Positions 21,182 through 30,806 of a DNA stretch of 64,000 nucleotides are shown here, in pieces; positions within the stretch are counted from its first letter, which is position 1; each line of letters starts with the position of its first letter. The stretch is taken from contig OZ253462.1 in assembly GCA_965261395.1 (NCBI GenBank), positions 5,792,001 to 5,856,000 of the forward strand, written 5' to 3'. The position numbers and the translations under genes are program-made. The notes beneath the pieces are model-generated. The model had not been told where the DNA came from and did not search any database. It saw only the letters and a list, made by a program, of their open reading frames with translations. This stretch comes from Candidatus Latescibacterota bacterium (GTDB lineage Bacteria > Latescibacterota > UBA2968 > UBA8231).

Positions 21182-22000
21182 TTGGATCGAATAGCGACCT
21201 ATTACAACAGAAAGAACGAGAGCCAACGTCTCTTCAGTGGCCGGGGCGAGCTAGAATTCCTCCGCACTAAACAGATCATAGAGCAGTTTCTCCCCGATGA
21301 AACTGGTTTGTCGATAGTAGACGTTGGTGGAGGATCTGGACCGTACGCGTTCTGGCTTGCCGAGAAGGGGCACAAGGTCGCCTTGTTTGATTTGATGCCT
21401 AACCACGTTGAAGAGGCCGTGTCGATCAACAAGAAAGCACCAAATCCGCTCTCTCGGATCGAAACTGTCGATGTACGATCTCTCGAACTTGAGTCTCAGC
21501 AGTATGATGTAGTCCTACTTTTGGGACCCATGTACCATCTCACCGATGCAAACGAGCGCAGCCTAGTGCTACGGAAGGTCGCCGATTGGCTTGCCCCCAA
21601 CGGTGTCGGGTATGTGGCATATATCTCGAGGTTTGGGTCGATGTTCGATGGTTTCATAAGTGGCTTATTTGAGGATCCGGAATATCTGGATATTGTGCGG
21701 CAAGATTTAGCAACAGGTGTCCACCGTCCCAACAAGGACAATACCAGATACTTTACTGATGCCTATCTCCACCACCCGGATGAGATCGAACGGGAAGCTG
21801 AGGAGGCACATTTACAGATCGTGGATCACATCGCCGTCGAGGGTGTGGCGTGGTTATGGCAGAATTTTGATCAGATTTGGTCGGATCCGCGACAACGGTC
21901 TATCATGCTCGAGATGATAGACCGAACCGATCGAGATCGCTCTCTCTTGGGTGCGAGTGGCCACATTCTTCTTGTCGTGAAGAGGCGAGACATCGAATAA
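21182..22000 (+). CDS. Class I SAM-dependent methyltransferase
   Basis: VDVGGGSGPY and LLLGPMYHL motifs. Confidence 0.88.
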   Translation: MDRIATYYNRKNESQRLFSGRGELEFLRTKQIIEQFLPDETGLSIVDVGGGSGPYAFWLAEKGHKVALFDLMPNHVEEAVSINKKAPNPLSRIETVDVRSLELESQQYDVVLLLGPMYHLTDANERSLVLRKVADWLAPNGVGYVAYISRFGSMFDGFISGLFEDPEYLDIVRQDLATGVHRPNKDNTRYFTDAYLHHPDEIEREAEEAHLQIVDHIAVEGVAWLWQNFDQIWSDPRQRSIMLEMIDRTDRDRSLLGASGHILLVVKRRDIE

Positions 22001-22083
22001 CAGCACGGCTTGTGCTGCGACGCATTCGCGCCTTGGCCTTCGGCAACCTGCTACGCTGGTTTGCAAACCGTGAGACGTTATGA
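21995..22083 (+). other. attC site
   Basis: GAATAAC...GTTATGA overlapping the stop codon; R'' is a 6/7 complement of GTTATCC (19764); close match to 15407-15495. Confidence 0.85.
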
Positions 22084-22161
22084 GGCATGGGAGCTTTAGG
22101 GACGATTGGTGGTGCCAGAGGGCACTAAGACCGTGGTAACTACACAGAGGATCAACCATCG

Positions 22162-22542
22162 ATGGAGACTGAACTTACTGCCGAAGATCGGGAACTCTTA
22201 CAGCGCTTAGAAGAAGAGTTGTGGCGAGAGGAAACGCGTTTCGACGTATCGAGAATGGAGGAAATCATCGCCGAGGACTTCTTCGAGTTTGGCAGGTCTG
22301 GGCGTATCTACCAGCGCGCCGACACGCTTGCGGTACCTTCAACACCCATAGAAGCGGTGATTCCACTTCCAGCCTTTGATGCGCGTCTTCTTTCTGAAGG
22401 TGTCGCCCAGGTAACGTACAATAGTGTCGTCACCTACGGCGAAAATATCGAGGAGGCACGAAGGAGCTCAATCTGGACGCGGTCGTCTGGTGGTTGGAAG
22501 CTGAGATTCCATCAAGGGACCCCATTTTCGAGTGACGATTGA
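22162..22542 (+). CDS. DUF4440/NTF2-like protein
   Basis: DFFEFGRSG...RSSIW...W.LRFHQGT. Confidence 0.85.
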   Translation: METELTAEDRELLQRLEEELWREETRFDVSRMEEIIAEDFFEFGRSGRIYQRADTLAVPSTPIEAVIPLPAFDARLLSEGVAQVTYNSVVTYGENIEEARRSSIWTRSSGGWKLRFHQGTPFSSDD

Positions 22543-22592
22543 GCGGGCTTCTCAATTTGTTCTCAATCTTCGGTAAAAGTGCAGAAGTATAG

Positions 22593-24140
22593 ATGAGTGA
22601 ATCACTGAAACAGTCTCTGGGGGCCTTATGCAGTGGGCTGGCTGCCCTTTGGAAGGAGAGTTCGTTCTCAACAGGCTACAGAAGTCCGTTCGAGACTCCT
22701 TATGAAGTAATTACGAGGGCCGATGACAACGCGGCCCTGATGCCAGTCAGTGGTCGCGCCATTCGAGGTTCCACCGGAGTTGAGGTGTCGAGGAGGGAGA
22801 AGAGGCCGTCAAAGGAAAAGGCCACCGAGGATCTGATCACCGACTCTTATGGGCAAGAACAGTCGTTTCACCCGGAAGGGTTAAATCAACGCCTTAGAGA
22901 AACCCGAGACGCAGTTGCAGCCTTTGGTAGAGCAGTCGATGCCGACGTGCCCCTCGGCTACCGACTGCGCCAATCTTTGGGTTATAAGACATGGTCGGCG
23001 AGTCAGTTCGCCGATCTAGATCGAGCAGGGTGGAACTTGGAGCTTGGATGCCTCTTTGCGCTGAGAAAGAGGCTGGCTCGGAGTCTAGTTGCACATGGGT
23101 TCGATCCTGCCAGCCGAGACCAGTTCGAAGGGTGGTTGGCAGTGGAAGAGGAGATCATTCAACATCTTCAAGACCTTCGAACTCTGGACCGCTATGAGTA
23201 CGAAGTACAGATCTTTCTAAATGGACCGCCCGCTGATTTCGAGGGCGAAGCCTCGCTCGTTGATCTTGTGCAAGGTGAAGAAACCATTTCGGTGAGAGTC
23301 TGCTATGCGTCAGATCAGCTTGTGAGCCATCTCGTCGAGTACGAGCACCAGAAAGTTCCTGGTTACGAAAAGATCAATACTGTCTTGCGCTACAGGATTT
23401 CGCTCCCGGTCGAGGTCGGGGAAGAACCGTATCTTCAGGCCTATCCTAAAGCATCGGAGGTAGGAGCTCTCCTCTTGGACGGCCTGAGGCTCCTGCGCCC
23501 AGGCGATGACATTGGAATACTGGCACTGGAAATCGTGGCGGTAGATGACTATGCTCCGACGATTCGTAAAACGTGGGCCGATAGGTTCCAGACCGAACTC
23601 GCTAGGTTCTATCCAAGGAGATTCGACTTCAGGCCACCACAGTGCTCGGTCCTTCAAGAGAAAGAAGTGACAAACCTAGGGACACTCGTGTCGCTTCTAG
23701 TAGGAAAAAGTGGTCGTTCCCGGTCCATCCTCCAAGCACGCAGGAGGCTAGCAAATAGCATCGACCGGTATGCACCTGATGATCCGGAGAAGCTCATCGA
23801 GTACGCGATAGCGCTGGAGTCTCTTTTTCTTGACGATTCTGATAGTAGAACCGAGCTTTCTTACAGACTTGCTCTTCGCGCTGCACGGCTCTTGGAGGAG
23901 GATCTCGAATCGCGCCGCTCTTGTTTCCATACCATACGAGATCTCTACAAGTTTAGGTCCCGCATAGCACATGGTGGTAGTCTGGAAGAGCTGAAGCCCG
24001 TCGAACAGAAACGGCTCGAGAGCGTTCTACTCAGATGCCCCAGTATTGTGTCGAGGTCGATTCGTGCCCTATTGGAACGTGGCCCGAGTGCTGTTGGCAA
24101 GAAGCCTGTCGATTATTGGCAGGAGCTCGAACTGGGGTGA
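22593..24140 (+). CDS. Protein with C-terminal ApeA-like HEPN domain
   Basis: IALESLF...ELSYRLALRAA...LYKFRSRIAHG (Rx4H). Confidence 0.75.
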   Translation: MSESLKQSLGALCSGLAALWKESSFSTGYRSPFETPYEVITRADDNAALMPVSGRAIRGSTGVEVSRREKRPSKEKATEDLITDSYGQEQSFHPEGLNQRLRETRDAVAAFGRAVDADVPLGYRLRQSLGYKTWSASQFADLDRAGWNLELGCLFALRKRLARSLVAHGFDPASRDQFEGWLAVEEEIIQHLQDLRTLDRYEYEVQIFLNGPPADFEGEASLVDLVQGEETISVRVCYASDQLVSHLVEYEHQKVPGYEKINTVLRYRISLPVEVGEEPYLQAYPKASEVGALLLDGLRLLRPGDDIGILALEIVAVDDYAPTIRKTWADRFQTELARFYPRRFDFRPPQCSVLQEKEVTNLGTLVSLLVGKSGRSRSILQARRRLANSIDRYAPDDPEKLIEYAIALESLFLDDSDSRTELSYRLALRAARLLEEDLESRRSCFHTIRDLYKFRSRIAHGGSLEELKPVEQKRLESVLLRCPSIVSRSIRALLERGPSAVGKKPVDYWQELELG

Positions 24141-24194
24141 GCGAGCCCTCCACCGATCGGAATGGGCACGGACGACCACTCGACGGCAATCAGC

Positions 24195-24359
24195 TCAGAT
24201 CGTCGTCGCCAAAACCCCCCGTCAACGCGGATGTCCGTGCCGGTGAGAAGCTGCTCGTTGCGATTGCGACTATGCACCAAGAAACCTACCTTCGTTTCGC
24301 ATAAATAGCATCTAGCGGACGTTACTCGAACTACTTGTTCGAGTACAAACAGATATGTG
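24195..24359 (+). repeat. Module copy C: SDR 3'-end copy + promoter (24264-24292) + attI-like site
   Basis: Matches copies A and B; palindrome ACTCGAAC-TACTT-GTTCGAGT; core degenerated to GATATGT. Confidence 0.88.
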
Positions 24360-24467
24360 AAACAGAAAAAGAAACGGAATATAGACGGCATATCTGCCTG
24401 TATACTAGAGGTTGGCTACATATTCGTTGTTCAATCACGAGTTATGCAATGAGACGGAGGTCTAAAC

Positions 24468-25388
24468 TTGAACGCTACCCGGTGGGAATTTGGTTTCTTG
24501 CCAGAATCTACTTCCGCCAACTTTGACGGATGGCGGATAGAACCCCTTGATGATTTCGAAGGGACTCTAGAAAAGTGGAACCAGTTGTCTGATCCCCAAG
24601 GCTGGGTTCTTCCTCCGATCATCGAGCGGGTCAAGGTCAAACGAATTTCCGAGGGAGAAGAGGTCGAGGACGTTGTACCCAATACACGTCGTTCGGTAAA
24701 ATTCTGGCGTATTCCTCCGAGCCACTCTCTCATATATGAGGGTAGGGAGCCACCCGCTCAGGAACCCACCAAACCTGGAGCACCCTACTTCATCGTCCAG
24801 TGCTTGGGAGCGATCAAAGGCTGTGAGCTTCAGCTCTCTAATTGGTGGGTGAGTGGGAAAAAACGTCTGAAGCCACTAGGCTTCCTTCATCCCGTTGACG
24901 GTGCTCTGAACCACTGCCTATCCATGGCCTATGCTTGGTACGATGGACAGGACGATCATAGTAGAAAAGTGATCAGCAGTAGCCTCTTCATACATTCGCA
25001 CAGCGAGTCCTACGAATTCACATGGGAACGCTTCCTGTGGCAACACGCAGCCTTCGAGGGGTGTTGCCACTTGGCGAAGAAAGTGCATGGGATGAAAGCC
25101 GGAGGTCGAAGGAACCGTTTTCAGGTCTTTGCGGATCACTTCGGCCTCCAATCCGACCCAGACCAATTCAGGATATTTAGCCAGATCAGGAATGAGCTCG
25201 TTCACGAAGTAATGTGGGGAAATCAAGTGCCAGGATTTGGTGGCGAGGGTCAACCTTGGAACCAGACCATCTACTTGAGCCACTTCACAACTCTTGCTCT
25301 TTTAGCCGTGATGGATGTAAAGACACCAAGTCTCCATGTGAATTGGAATACAAGAAGTCGCATGGTCCTTGAAACTCCGACCAGATAG
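24468..25388 (+). CDS. Hypothetical protein with HEPN-like motif
   Basis: IRNELVHE (Rx4H) after a helical segment. Confidence 0.55.
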   Translation: MNATRWEFGFLPESTSANFDGWRIEPLDDFEGTLEKWNQLSDPQGWVLPPIIERVKVKRISEGEEVEDVVPNTRRSVKFWRIPPSHSLIYEGREPPAQEPTKPGAPYFIVQCLGAIKGCELQLSNWWVSGKKRLKPLGFLHPVDGALNHCLSMAYAWYDGQDDHSRKVISSSLFIHSHSESYEFTWERFLWQHAAFEGCCHLAKKVHGMKAGGRRNRFQVFADHFGLQSDPDQFRIFSQIRNELVHEVMWGNQVPGFGGEGQPWNQTIYLSHFTTLALLAVMDVKTPSLHVNWNTRSRMVLETPTR

Positions 25389-25399
25389 GAAACGATGTC

Positions 25400-25531
25400 T
25401 GTCAACCAAGCGGCCTTCTTGCAGCAGCCGAGCCCCAACAAGGCGTCGCTCTTCTAATTGGGCACGGGTCAAATGAGTAGGAGCCCAAATCATAAGCGCA
25501 AAACGTAAACCAATTTTAGTGAAAGTCAATA
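25400..25531 (-). mobile_element. IS630-family left-end remnant
   Basis: TA-TTGAC end resembling 33098; MIWAPTHLTRAQLEERRLVGARLL transposase N-terminus. Confidence 0.65.
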
Positions 25532-25557
25532 AGAGCCACCTTGCGCGAGGGGTCGTG

Positions 25558-26055
25558 CTAAGTGAAGTTAGAGTTGGCTGTCTCCTGCTCCATGATTTTC
25601 TCTCTCTTTTTTATAATATCTTTTTCTATTTCTGTAAGCGCCAAATGGATTAGATCCCTCATTCTTATTATCCATTCTTTTTTCCACGCAACCTCGGACA
25701 CAGACAAAATAGAATATGCTTCACACATATCAAAAGAGGCACGCATTTTTTCTGGGCAGGAATGGGCATAAAATTTATGCCTAAAATCGCGCACAACTAT
25801 CTTATGCATCTCCTTTTTTCTCTTTATATAGTTTTCACTAAGTCCCTCAAGGGCACGATAATAAGAAACAACTGAGGCAGTTATCAATGACTCAAAAATG
25901 ATCCGATCCTCTTCCGTCCCACAGTAAAGTACATTGTGATCCATTCCTCTTTTTAGTATGACACTTATATAAGAGTGCGCTTTCCTCAGATTCATGATTG
26001 CCATTTCAAGACTAAATATACTTTCTGCAATCTTGGATTTATTTGCTTCGCCCAT
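25558..26055 (-). CDS. AT-rich hypothetical protein, HEPN-like
   Basis: ASVVSYYR...RHKFYAH motif; composition clearly more AT-rich than flanks. Confidence 0.55.
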   Translation of the reverse strand: MGEANKSKIAESIFSLEMAIMNLRKAHSYISVILKRGMDHNVLYCGTEEDRIIFESLITASVVSYYRALEGLSENYIKRKKEMHKIVVRDFRHKFYAHSCPEKMRASFDMCEAYSILSVSEVAWKKEWIIRMRDLIHLALTEIEKDIIKKREKIMEQETANSNFT

Positions 26056-26173
26056 CTAATTGTCCTTGCTATTATAAGCGCGGGAGACCAGTCGCCCAGC
26101 CTCCCGCCACAGATTAAGCAATCCGATTGGAGTGCGCGGATGTCCGAGACCATATTCCTAGCCGCCTGACGAC

Positions 26174-26404
26174 TTAGTGCAGAGCAGCGTCTAGCGTTGC
26201 TTCAACCGGCGGTGGGAATTCGACTTTGTAAAAGCGGTCGGCATCAAATGCGTAATCTTCGCCACTTTCATCCACCATGCGAATGTACCCGTGAGCAGCC
26301 GCCTCCTGATCGGGAAGTACGCGATACACTTTTCCGACTTCGAGCGAAGCCTCATAGCCTTCATTGTTGAGACAAATCGCAAATTGCGACGTTTTTTTCT
26401 TCAC
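26174..26404 (-). CDS. Small hypothetical protein
   Basis: 76-aa ORF directly downstream of the SDR; its first codons recur at 14312-14347. Confidence 0.7.
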   Translation of the reverse strand: MKKKTSQFAICLNNEGYEASLEVGKVYRVLPDQEAAAHGYIRMVDESGEDYAFDADRFYKVEFPPPVEATLDAALH

Positions 26405-26430
26405 TGTAAAGCGTGGCGTCTCGTCGCTCT

Positions 26431-27237
26431 TTAAATCGTTGTCGCTAAAAATCCCCCGTCAACGCGGATGTCCGTGCCAGTGACGAAGCCGCTGGCTGCG
26501 TCCGACGCGAGGAACACCGCCGCGCCGACTAGCTCTTCGGGGCGGCCAAAGCGATCCATGGGCGTGTGGGAGAGGATTTGTTGGCCGCGCTCGGTTGGGG
26601 TGCCGTCTTCCTCAAAGAGCAAGCGGCGGTTTTGCTCGGCGGGGAAAAAGCCCGGGGTGATGGAGTTGACCCGTACGCCTTGGTCGGCCCACTCGCGCGC
26701 GAGGAATTGCGTCAGGTTCACGACGGCCGCTTTAGCCGCGGAGTACGCCACCACCCGCGAAACCGGCAGGTGGGCGGCAACCGAGGCGATGTTGATGATG
26801 CTACCCCGGCCCCGTGCGACCATGGCCGAGCCGAATTCTTGGCAGGGCAACAGCGCGCCAGCCCCCAAGTTCAGGTCGAAACAACGCTGCCAATCGTCGG
26901 TTGTTATCGCGGCAAAGTCTAGGTCGTCGTTCAGGGTCACCTGCGGCTGATTGCCGCCGGCTGCGTTGAGTAGCACGTTGACGGGACCCAATGCCGCGAC
27001 GACCGCTTCATGGGCTGCCTTGAGCGATGCTTTGTCCGTGGCGTCGCAGGCGGCGAAAACGCCCGTGCCTCCTGCTGCCTCTATTGCCGCTACTCGCTTA
27101 TTCCCCCGGTCGTGGTCCCGCCCCAACACTGCTACAGAGGCTCCGGCCTCGGCCAATCCCTGGGCCATCGCCCCGCCCAATACGCCGGTCCCACCGATGA
27201 CTGCCGCTACTTCGCCGCGCAAATTCCATTGACTCAT
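26431..27237 (-). CDS. SDR oxidoreductase (UxuB/gluconate 5-dehydrogenase-like)
   Basis: GGTGVLG, NAAG, YSAAK, PGFF and VTGTDIRVDGG motifs. Confidence 0.9.
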   Translation of the reverse strand: MSQWNLRGEVAAVIGGTGVLGGAMAQGLAEAGASVAVLGRDHDRGNKRVAAIEAAGGTGVFAACDATDKASLKAAHEAVVAALGPVNVLLNAAGGNQPQVTLNDDLDFAAITTDDWQRCFDLNLGAGALLPCQEFGSAMVARGRGSIINIASVAAHLPVSRVVAYSAAKAAVVNLTQFLAREWADQGVRVNSITPGFFPAEQNRRLLFEEDGTPTERGQQILSHTPMDRFGRPEELVGAAVFLASDAASGFVTGTDIRVDGGFLATTI

Positions 27238-27238
27238 T

Positions 27239-27946
27239 TCAATACCCCAGTGCTTTAGATAACAGTCCAATAGTGCCGCCGAACACATTGCCCCAGACGA
27301 TTAGCCAGCCCAAGTGCTCGCGGATTACTTCCTCCATCATCTCCTTGACCCGGTCGGGCGTCAGCTCCTCTAACTTGGTCTCCAGCAGTCCGTCAACCTG
27401 CGCCCGCATCGCTTTGACTTCTGTGCCCGCTCCGCCGGCCAAAAGCGGCGCGATCTCGCTCCCGACCCCGACCACGAACTGCTTGACCAGCGGCTTGACC
27501 GTCTGCGTCCCTACCAGTTGGATCATCATTCCCTGCGGCGATTCCGCCAACTCTTCCAGCTTGCGGTCAATGATTGCGTCCACCTCGTCGGACGCCAGCA
27601 CCGTTTGCACCTTTTCTCCCACATCCTCTCCGGCCATCTGCTCGGCGAGGAATCGCTCCAGATACTCCTCGTCGAAGAAGTAGCGCATGATGGCATCTTT
27701 GACCGCTTCCCTGATGGCGCGAAACCGCGCCGGAATCACTCCCGACCCGTACAGCAGGGGCACGCGGTCGAAGAGCATCTTTACTGCCAACCAATTGGTC
27801 GCTCCGCCGGCAAAGCCAAACAACCCAACCGCCAACACCCACTCGCTGCCGCCGACGCCCTCAACGCGCCCCCAGAGGCCCGCCACCAGCAGGGCGAGCG
27901 AAATCAGGTTGCTGACGTTGCCCTTTTCCCAACGCGCTTTCTGCAT
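27239..27946 (-). CDS. DUF445-family membrane protein
   Basis: GGATNWLAVKMLF and HLGWLIVWGNVFGG. Confidence 0.8.
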   Translation of the reverse strand: MQKARWEKGNVSNLISLALLVAGLWGRVEGVGGSEWVLAVGLFGFAGGATNWLAVKMLFDRVPLLYGSGVIPARFRAIREAVKDAIMRYFFDEEYLERFLAEQMAGEDVGEKVQTVLASDEVDAIIDRKLEELAESPQGMMIQLVGTQTVKPLVKQFVVGVGSEIAPLLAGGAGTEVKAMRAQVDGLLETKLEELTPDRVKEMMEEVIREHLGWLIVWGNVFGGTIGLLSKALGY

Positions 27947-27951
27947 AGAAG

Positions 27952-29046
27952 TTACCGCGCCGTCTTCGTCTTCTGCTTGTCTTCGTGCCGTTCGATCCCC
28001 AACTGAATCAACCGGTCAATCAACGCCCCGTAGCTCACCCCGCTCGCCTCCCACAGCTTGGGATACATACTGATGGGCGTAAACCCCGGCATGGTGTTGA
28101 TCTCGTTGAGAAAAATCGCCTCGTCGCTTTCGCGCACGAAAAAGTCCACTCGCGCCAACCCCCAGGCTTCCACCGACTGAAAGGCCCGGATGCCCATCTC
28201 GCGCACGGCCTCTTGGGTGGCGGGCGAGATGCGCGCCGGAATGATTAGATCGGAATTGTCGTCGATGTATTTGGCGTTGTAGTCGTAAAAGTCGTTGCCC
28301 GGCACGATCTCACCGGGCACGGACGCCTCTGGCGACTCGTTGCCTAAGATCGCTACCTCGACTTCGCGGCAGCCGCTAGCTTCGGCCTCGACCACGATCT
28401 TGTAATCGTATTGCGCTGCCTCGTCGATGGCCTGCTCCAGTTCGGCACCATCGCTGGCCTTGCTCACCCCGACGCTCGAACCAAGATTCACCGGCTTGAC
28501 GAAGACGGGATAGGCCAGCGCGGCTTCGACCTCGGCGCGTACCCCGGCGCGGTCCTTTTCCCAACGGCTGCGCCGCACCACTTGGTAGTCCACCTGCGGC
28601 AATCCCTCGGCCTTGAAGACCCGTTTCATTAGCTCCTTGTCCATGCCCACGGCCGAGCCGACGACCCCGGCTCCTACATACGCAATATTGGCCAGTTCCA
28701 TCAGGCCCTGTATGGTGCCGTCCTCGCCATAGGGGCCGTGCAGGAGGGGGAAGATCACGTCGAGGGTTTGGTCCTGCACATCGCCTTGCTGCGCCACTAG
28801 CGTGCGCGTCCCCAGATAGTCCAGCGCCACCGGTGTTAGCCCATCCTCGCGGACTTGACTAGACGCCAGAAGCTGCTGCGTGTCCGCTGCGGACAGCCAG
28901 CGTCCTTCCTTGGAGATGCCGATCATCACCAGTTCGTACTTGTCCTTGTCGATGGCTTCCAACATCGAGCGCGCCGAAATCACCGAGACTTCGTGCTCGG
29001 CCGAGCGCCCACCGCAGAGCACTCCGAGGCGTATCTTGCGACCCAT
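27952..29046 (-). CDS. ddl: D-alanine--D-alanine ligase
   Basis: GGRSAEHEVS, LHGPYGEDG, GSSVG, NEINTMPGFT. Confidence 0.96.
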   Translation of the reverse strand: MGRKIRLGVLCGGRSAEHEVSVISARSMLEAIDKDKYELVMIGISKEGRWLSAADTQQLLASSQVREDGLTPVALDYLGTRTLVAQQGDVQDQTLDVIFPLLHGPYGEDGTIQGLMELANIAYVGAGVVGSAVGMDKELMKRVFKAEGLPQVDYQVVRRSRWEKDRAGVRAEVEAALAYPVFVKPVNLGSSVGVSKASDGAELEQAIDEAAQYDYKIVVEAEASGCREVEVAILGNESPEASVPGEIVPGNDFYDYNAKYIDDNSDLIIPARISPATQEAVREMGIRAFQSVEAWGLARVDFFVRESDEAIFLNEINTMPGFTPISMYPKLWEASGVSYGALIDRLIQLGIERHEDKQKTKTAR

Positions 29047-29210
29047 GTATTGCTATTCCTTTGGTTAAGTTGCGAGTAGAGTTTCCCCTTCCAAAATATA
29101 GAAGGGATGCTGAAAACTGTCGAGGAATAGCAACTTGCCCCTGCTGCGCGAATTGCGTACCTCTTTCCGCGTCTCCATATCTAACCCTACTGCTGTGAGG
29201 AGCGAAACCC

Positions 29211-30023
29211 GTGAAATACCGCTATGCCGAAATGATTTGGAACGAGACTCGGGACGCCGCCGCCGCGGGCCGCGTCGCCGTGTTGCCCGTCGCCACTCAC
29301 GAAGACCACGGCCCGCATCTGCCGGTGGATACGGACGTGGTGCTGTGCCACGGCATCTGCGAGCGCGCCGTGGCCCGCATCCCCGAAGAGGCGGTGCTCG
29401 CCCCACCCGTCACTCACGGCTACAGCCCGCACCACATGGACTTCCACGGCACCCTGACCATTACGTGGGATACTTTTATCCGCTACGTCAAGGACGTGTG
29501 TTGCAGCTTGGCCCACCACGGCTTTGAGCGCATCCTCATCGTCAATGGCCACGGCTCCAATACCTCGCCGCTCGACCTAGCGGCCCGTCTCACCGTCCTT
29601 GAATACGAGGGCCAGATCCTCTGCGCCTCGGTCAATCACTGGGATATACGCCGCGCCAAGACCGTGGGCAACGAACTGCGCGACTCGGACTACGGCGGCA
29701 CCTCGCACGCCGGCGAATACGAGACTTCGCTCTATCTCGCGCTCAAGCCGGAGCTGGTGGAAATGGACAAGGCCGTTGACGAGCGCTCGCCCCTGTCGTC
29801 CAGCTTCCGCACCGATCTGTTGGCTGGTACGCACCCCGAGGGGTCGGGTGCGCGGCTGATACCCTATTGGAGCCAGCAGACGGCCAGCGGGGTTATGGGC
29901 GACGCGACCAAAGCCACTAAGGAAAAGGGTGAGAAATTTTTAGCAGCGGCGACCGAGGGGCTTGTAGAGCTAATCCGCGAGCTGAAGAATCAGCCGATCC
30001 TGCCGCGCCGCGATCAGCATTGA
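29211..30023 (+). CDS. Creatininase-family amidohydrolase
   Basis: EDHGPHLP..TD, NGHGSN, HAGEYETS. Confidence 0.9.
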   Translation: MKYRYAEMIWNETRDAAAAGRVAVLPVATHEDHGPHLPVDTDVVLCHGICERAVARIPEEAVLAPPVTHGYSPHHMDFHGTLTITWDTFIRYVKDVCCSLAHHGFERILIVNGHGSNTSPLDLAARLTVLEYEGQILCASVNHWDIRRAKTVGNELRDSDYGGTSHAGEYETSLYLALKPELVEMDKAVDERSPLSSSFRTDLLAGTHPEGSGARLIPYWSQQTASGVMGDATKATKEKGEKFLAAATEGLVELIRELKNQPILPRRDQH

Positions 30024-30065
30024 CGCGAACAGTATCCTTTCCCATTACCCAATCAGGAGCCTTCA

Positions 30066-30794
30066 ATGACCGAACAAGAAATGCTCGACGAGCTGAAAAA
30101 CTTTGACACGCCCTCGATTACCAACGTCGTCGCTACCTACCCGGGCGACCCCTTGTGCTTGGGGCTATACAATCCCTGGAGCGAAAACTGGTACACCGAC
30201 CAGTCGCTGCGCTGCATGTATCCCGAGCTCGGCCCTACCGTCGGCTACGCGGTCACCTGTACTTACGGCCTGCCCGATCCCAATTACAGCGGCGTTAGCT
30301 TCATGGACGTTCTCGACGCCCTCGACGCCTCGCCCAAGCCGACGATCTTCGTCTTCCAGCAGAAGTTTCCGCCCGAAATCGAGGGCAAGATCGGCTTGGC
30401 TGGCGGCAATATGACCACTGCCATGCAGGCTGTCGGCTGCGTCGGCGCGATTTCCAATGGCCCCTCGCGCGACATCGACGAGATTCGCCCGATGAAATTC
30501 CAGTACTTGCTTAGCGGCATCACCGCCGGTCACGGTGCCATGGCGGTCCACGCGGTCAATGTCCCCGTCTCGGTTGCCGGTATGGACGTGGCTCCAGGCG
30601 AGATCATCCACATGGACGAAAACGGCGCGGTAAAATTCCCTGCCGACAAGCTCAGCGCTGTGCTGGAAAACGTCCACGCCTTGCAAAAACACGAGGCCGA
30701 GCGCATGGCCCAGATGCGCCAAGCCACATCCGCGGCCGAACTGCGGGCTATTTTCGGCGGGCACTCGTACGGCGACGAGGAAGAGGAATCGTGA
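30066..30794 (+). CDS. RraA-family (HMG aldolase-like) protein
   Basis: GYAVT, GPSRDIDE, PGEIIHMDENG. Confidence 0.85.
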   Translation: MTEQEMLDELKNFDTPSITNVVATYPGDPLCLGLYNPWSENWYTDQSLRCMYPELGPTVGYAVTCTYGLPDPNYSGVSFMDVLDALDASPKPTIFVFQQKFPPEIEGKIGLAGGNMTTAMQAVGCVGAISNGPSRDIDEIRPMKFQYLLSGITAGHGAMAVHAVNVPVSVAGMDVAPGEIIHMDENGAVKFPADKLSAVLENVHALQKHEAERMAQMRQATSAAELRAIFGGHSYGDEEEES

Positions 30795-30806
30795 TTAGAG
30801 GTAAGG

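Noticed and set aside
15407-22083. Recurring ~90-bp repeats as CRISPR or ncRNA
   Set aside because: Separated by whole genes and bounded by AAC/GTT cores, so better explained as attC sites
11864-26483. Integron integrase or island integrase
   Set aside because: No ORF with tyrosine recombinase R-H-R-Y motifs was seen in or beside the array
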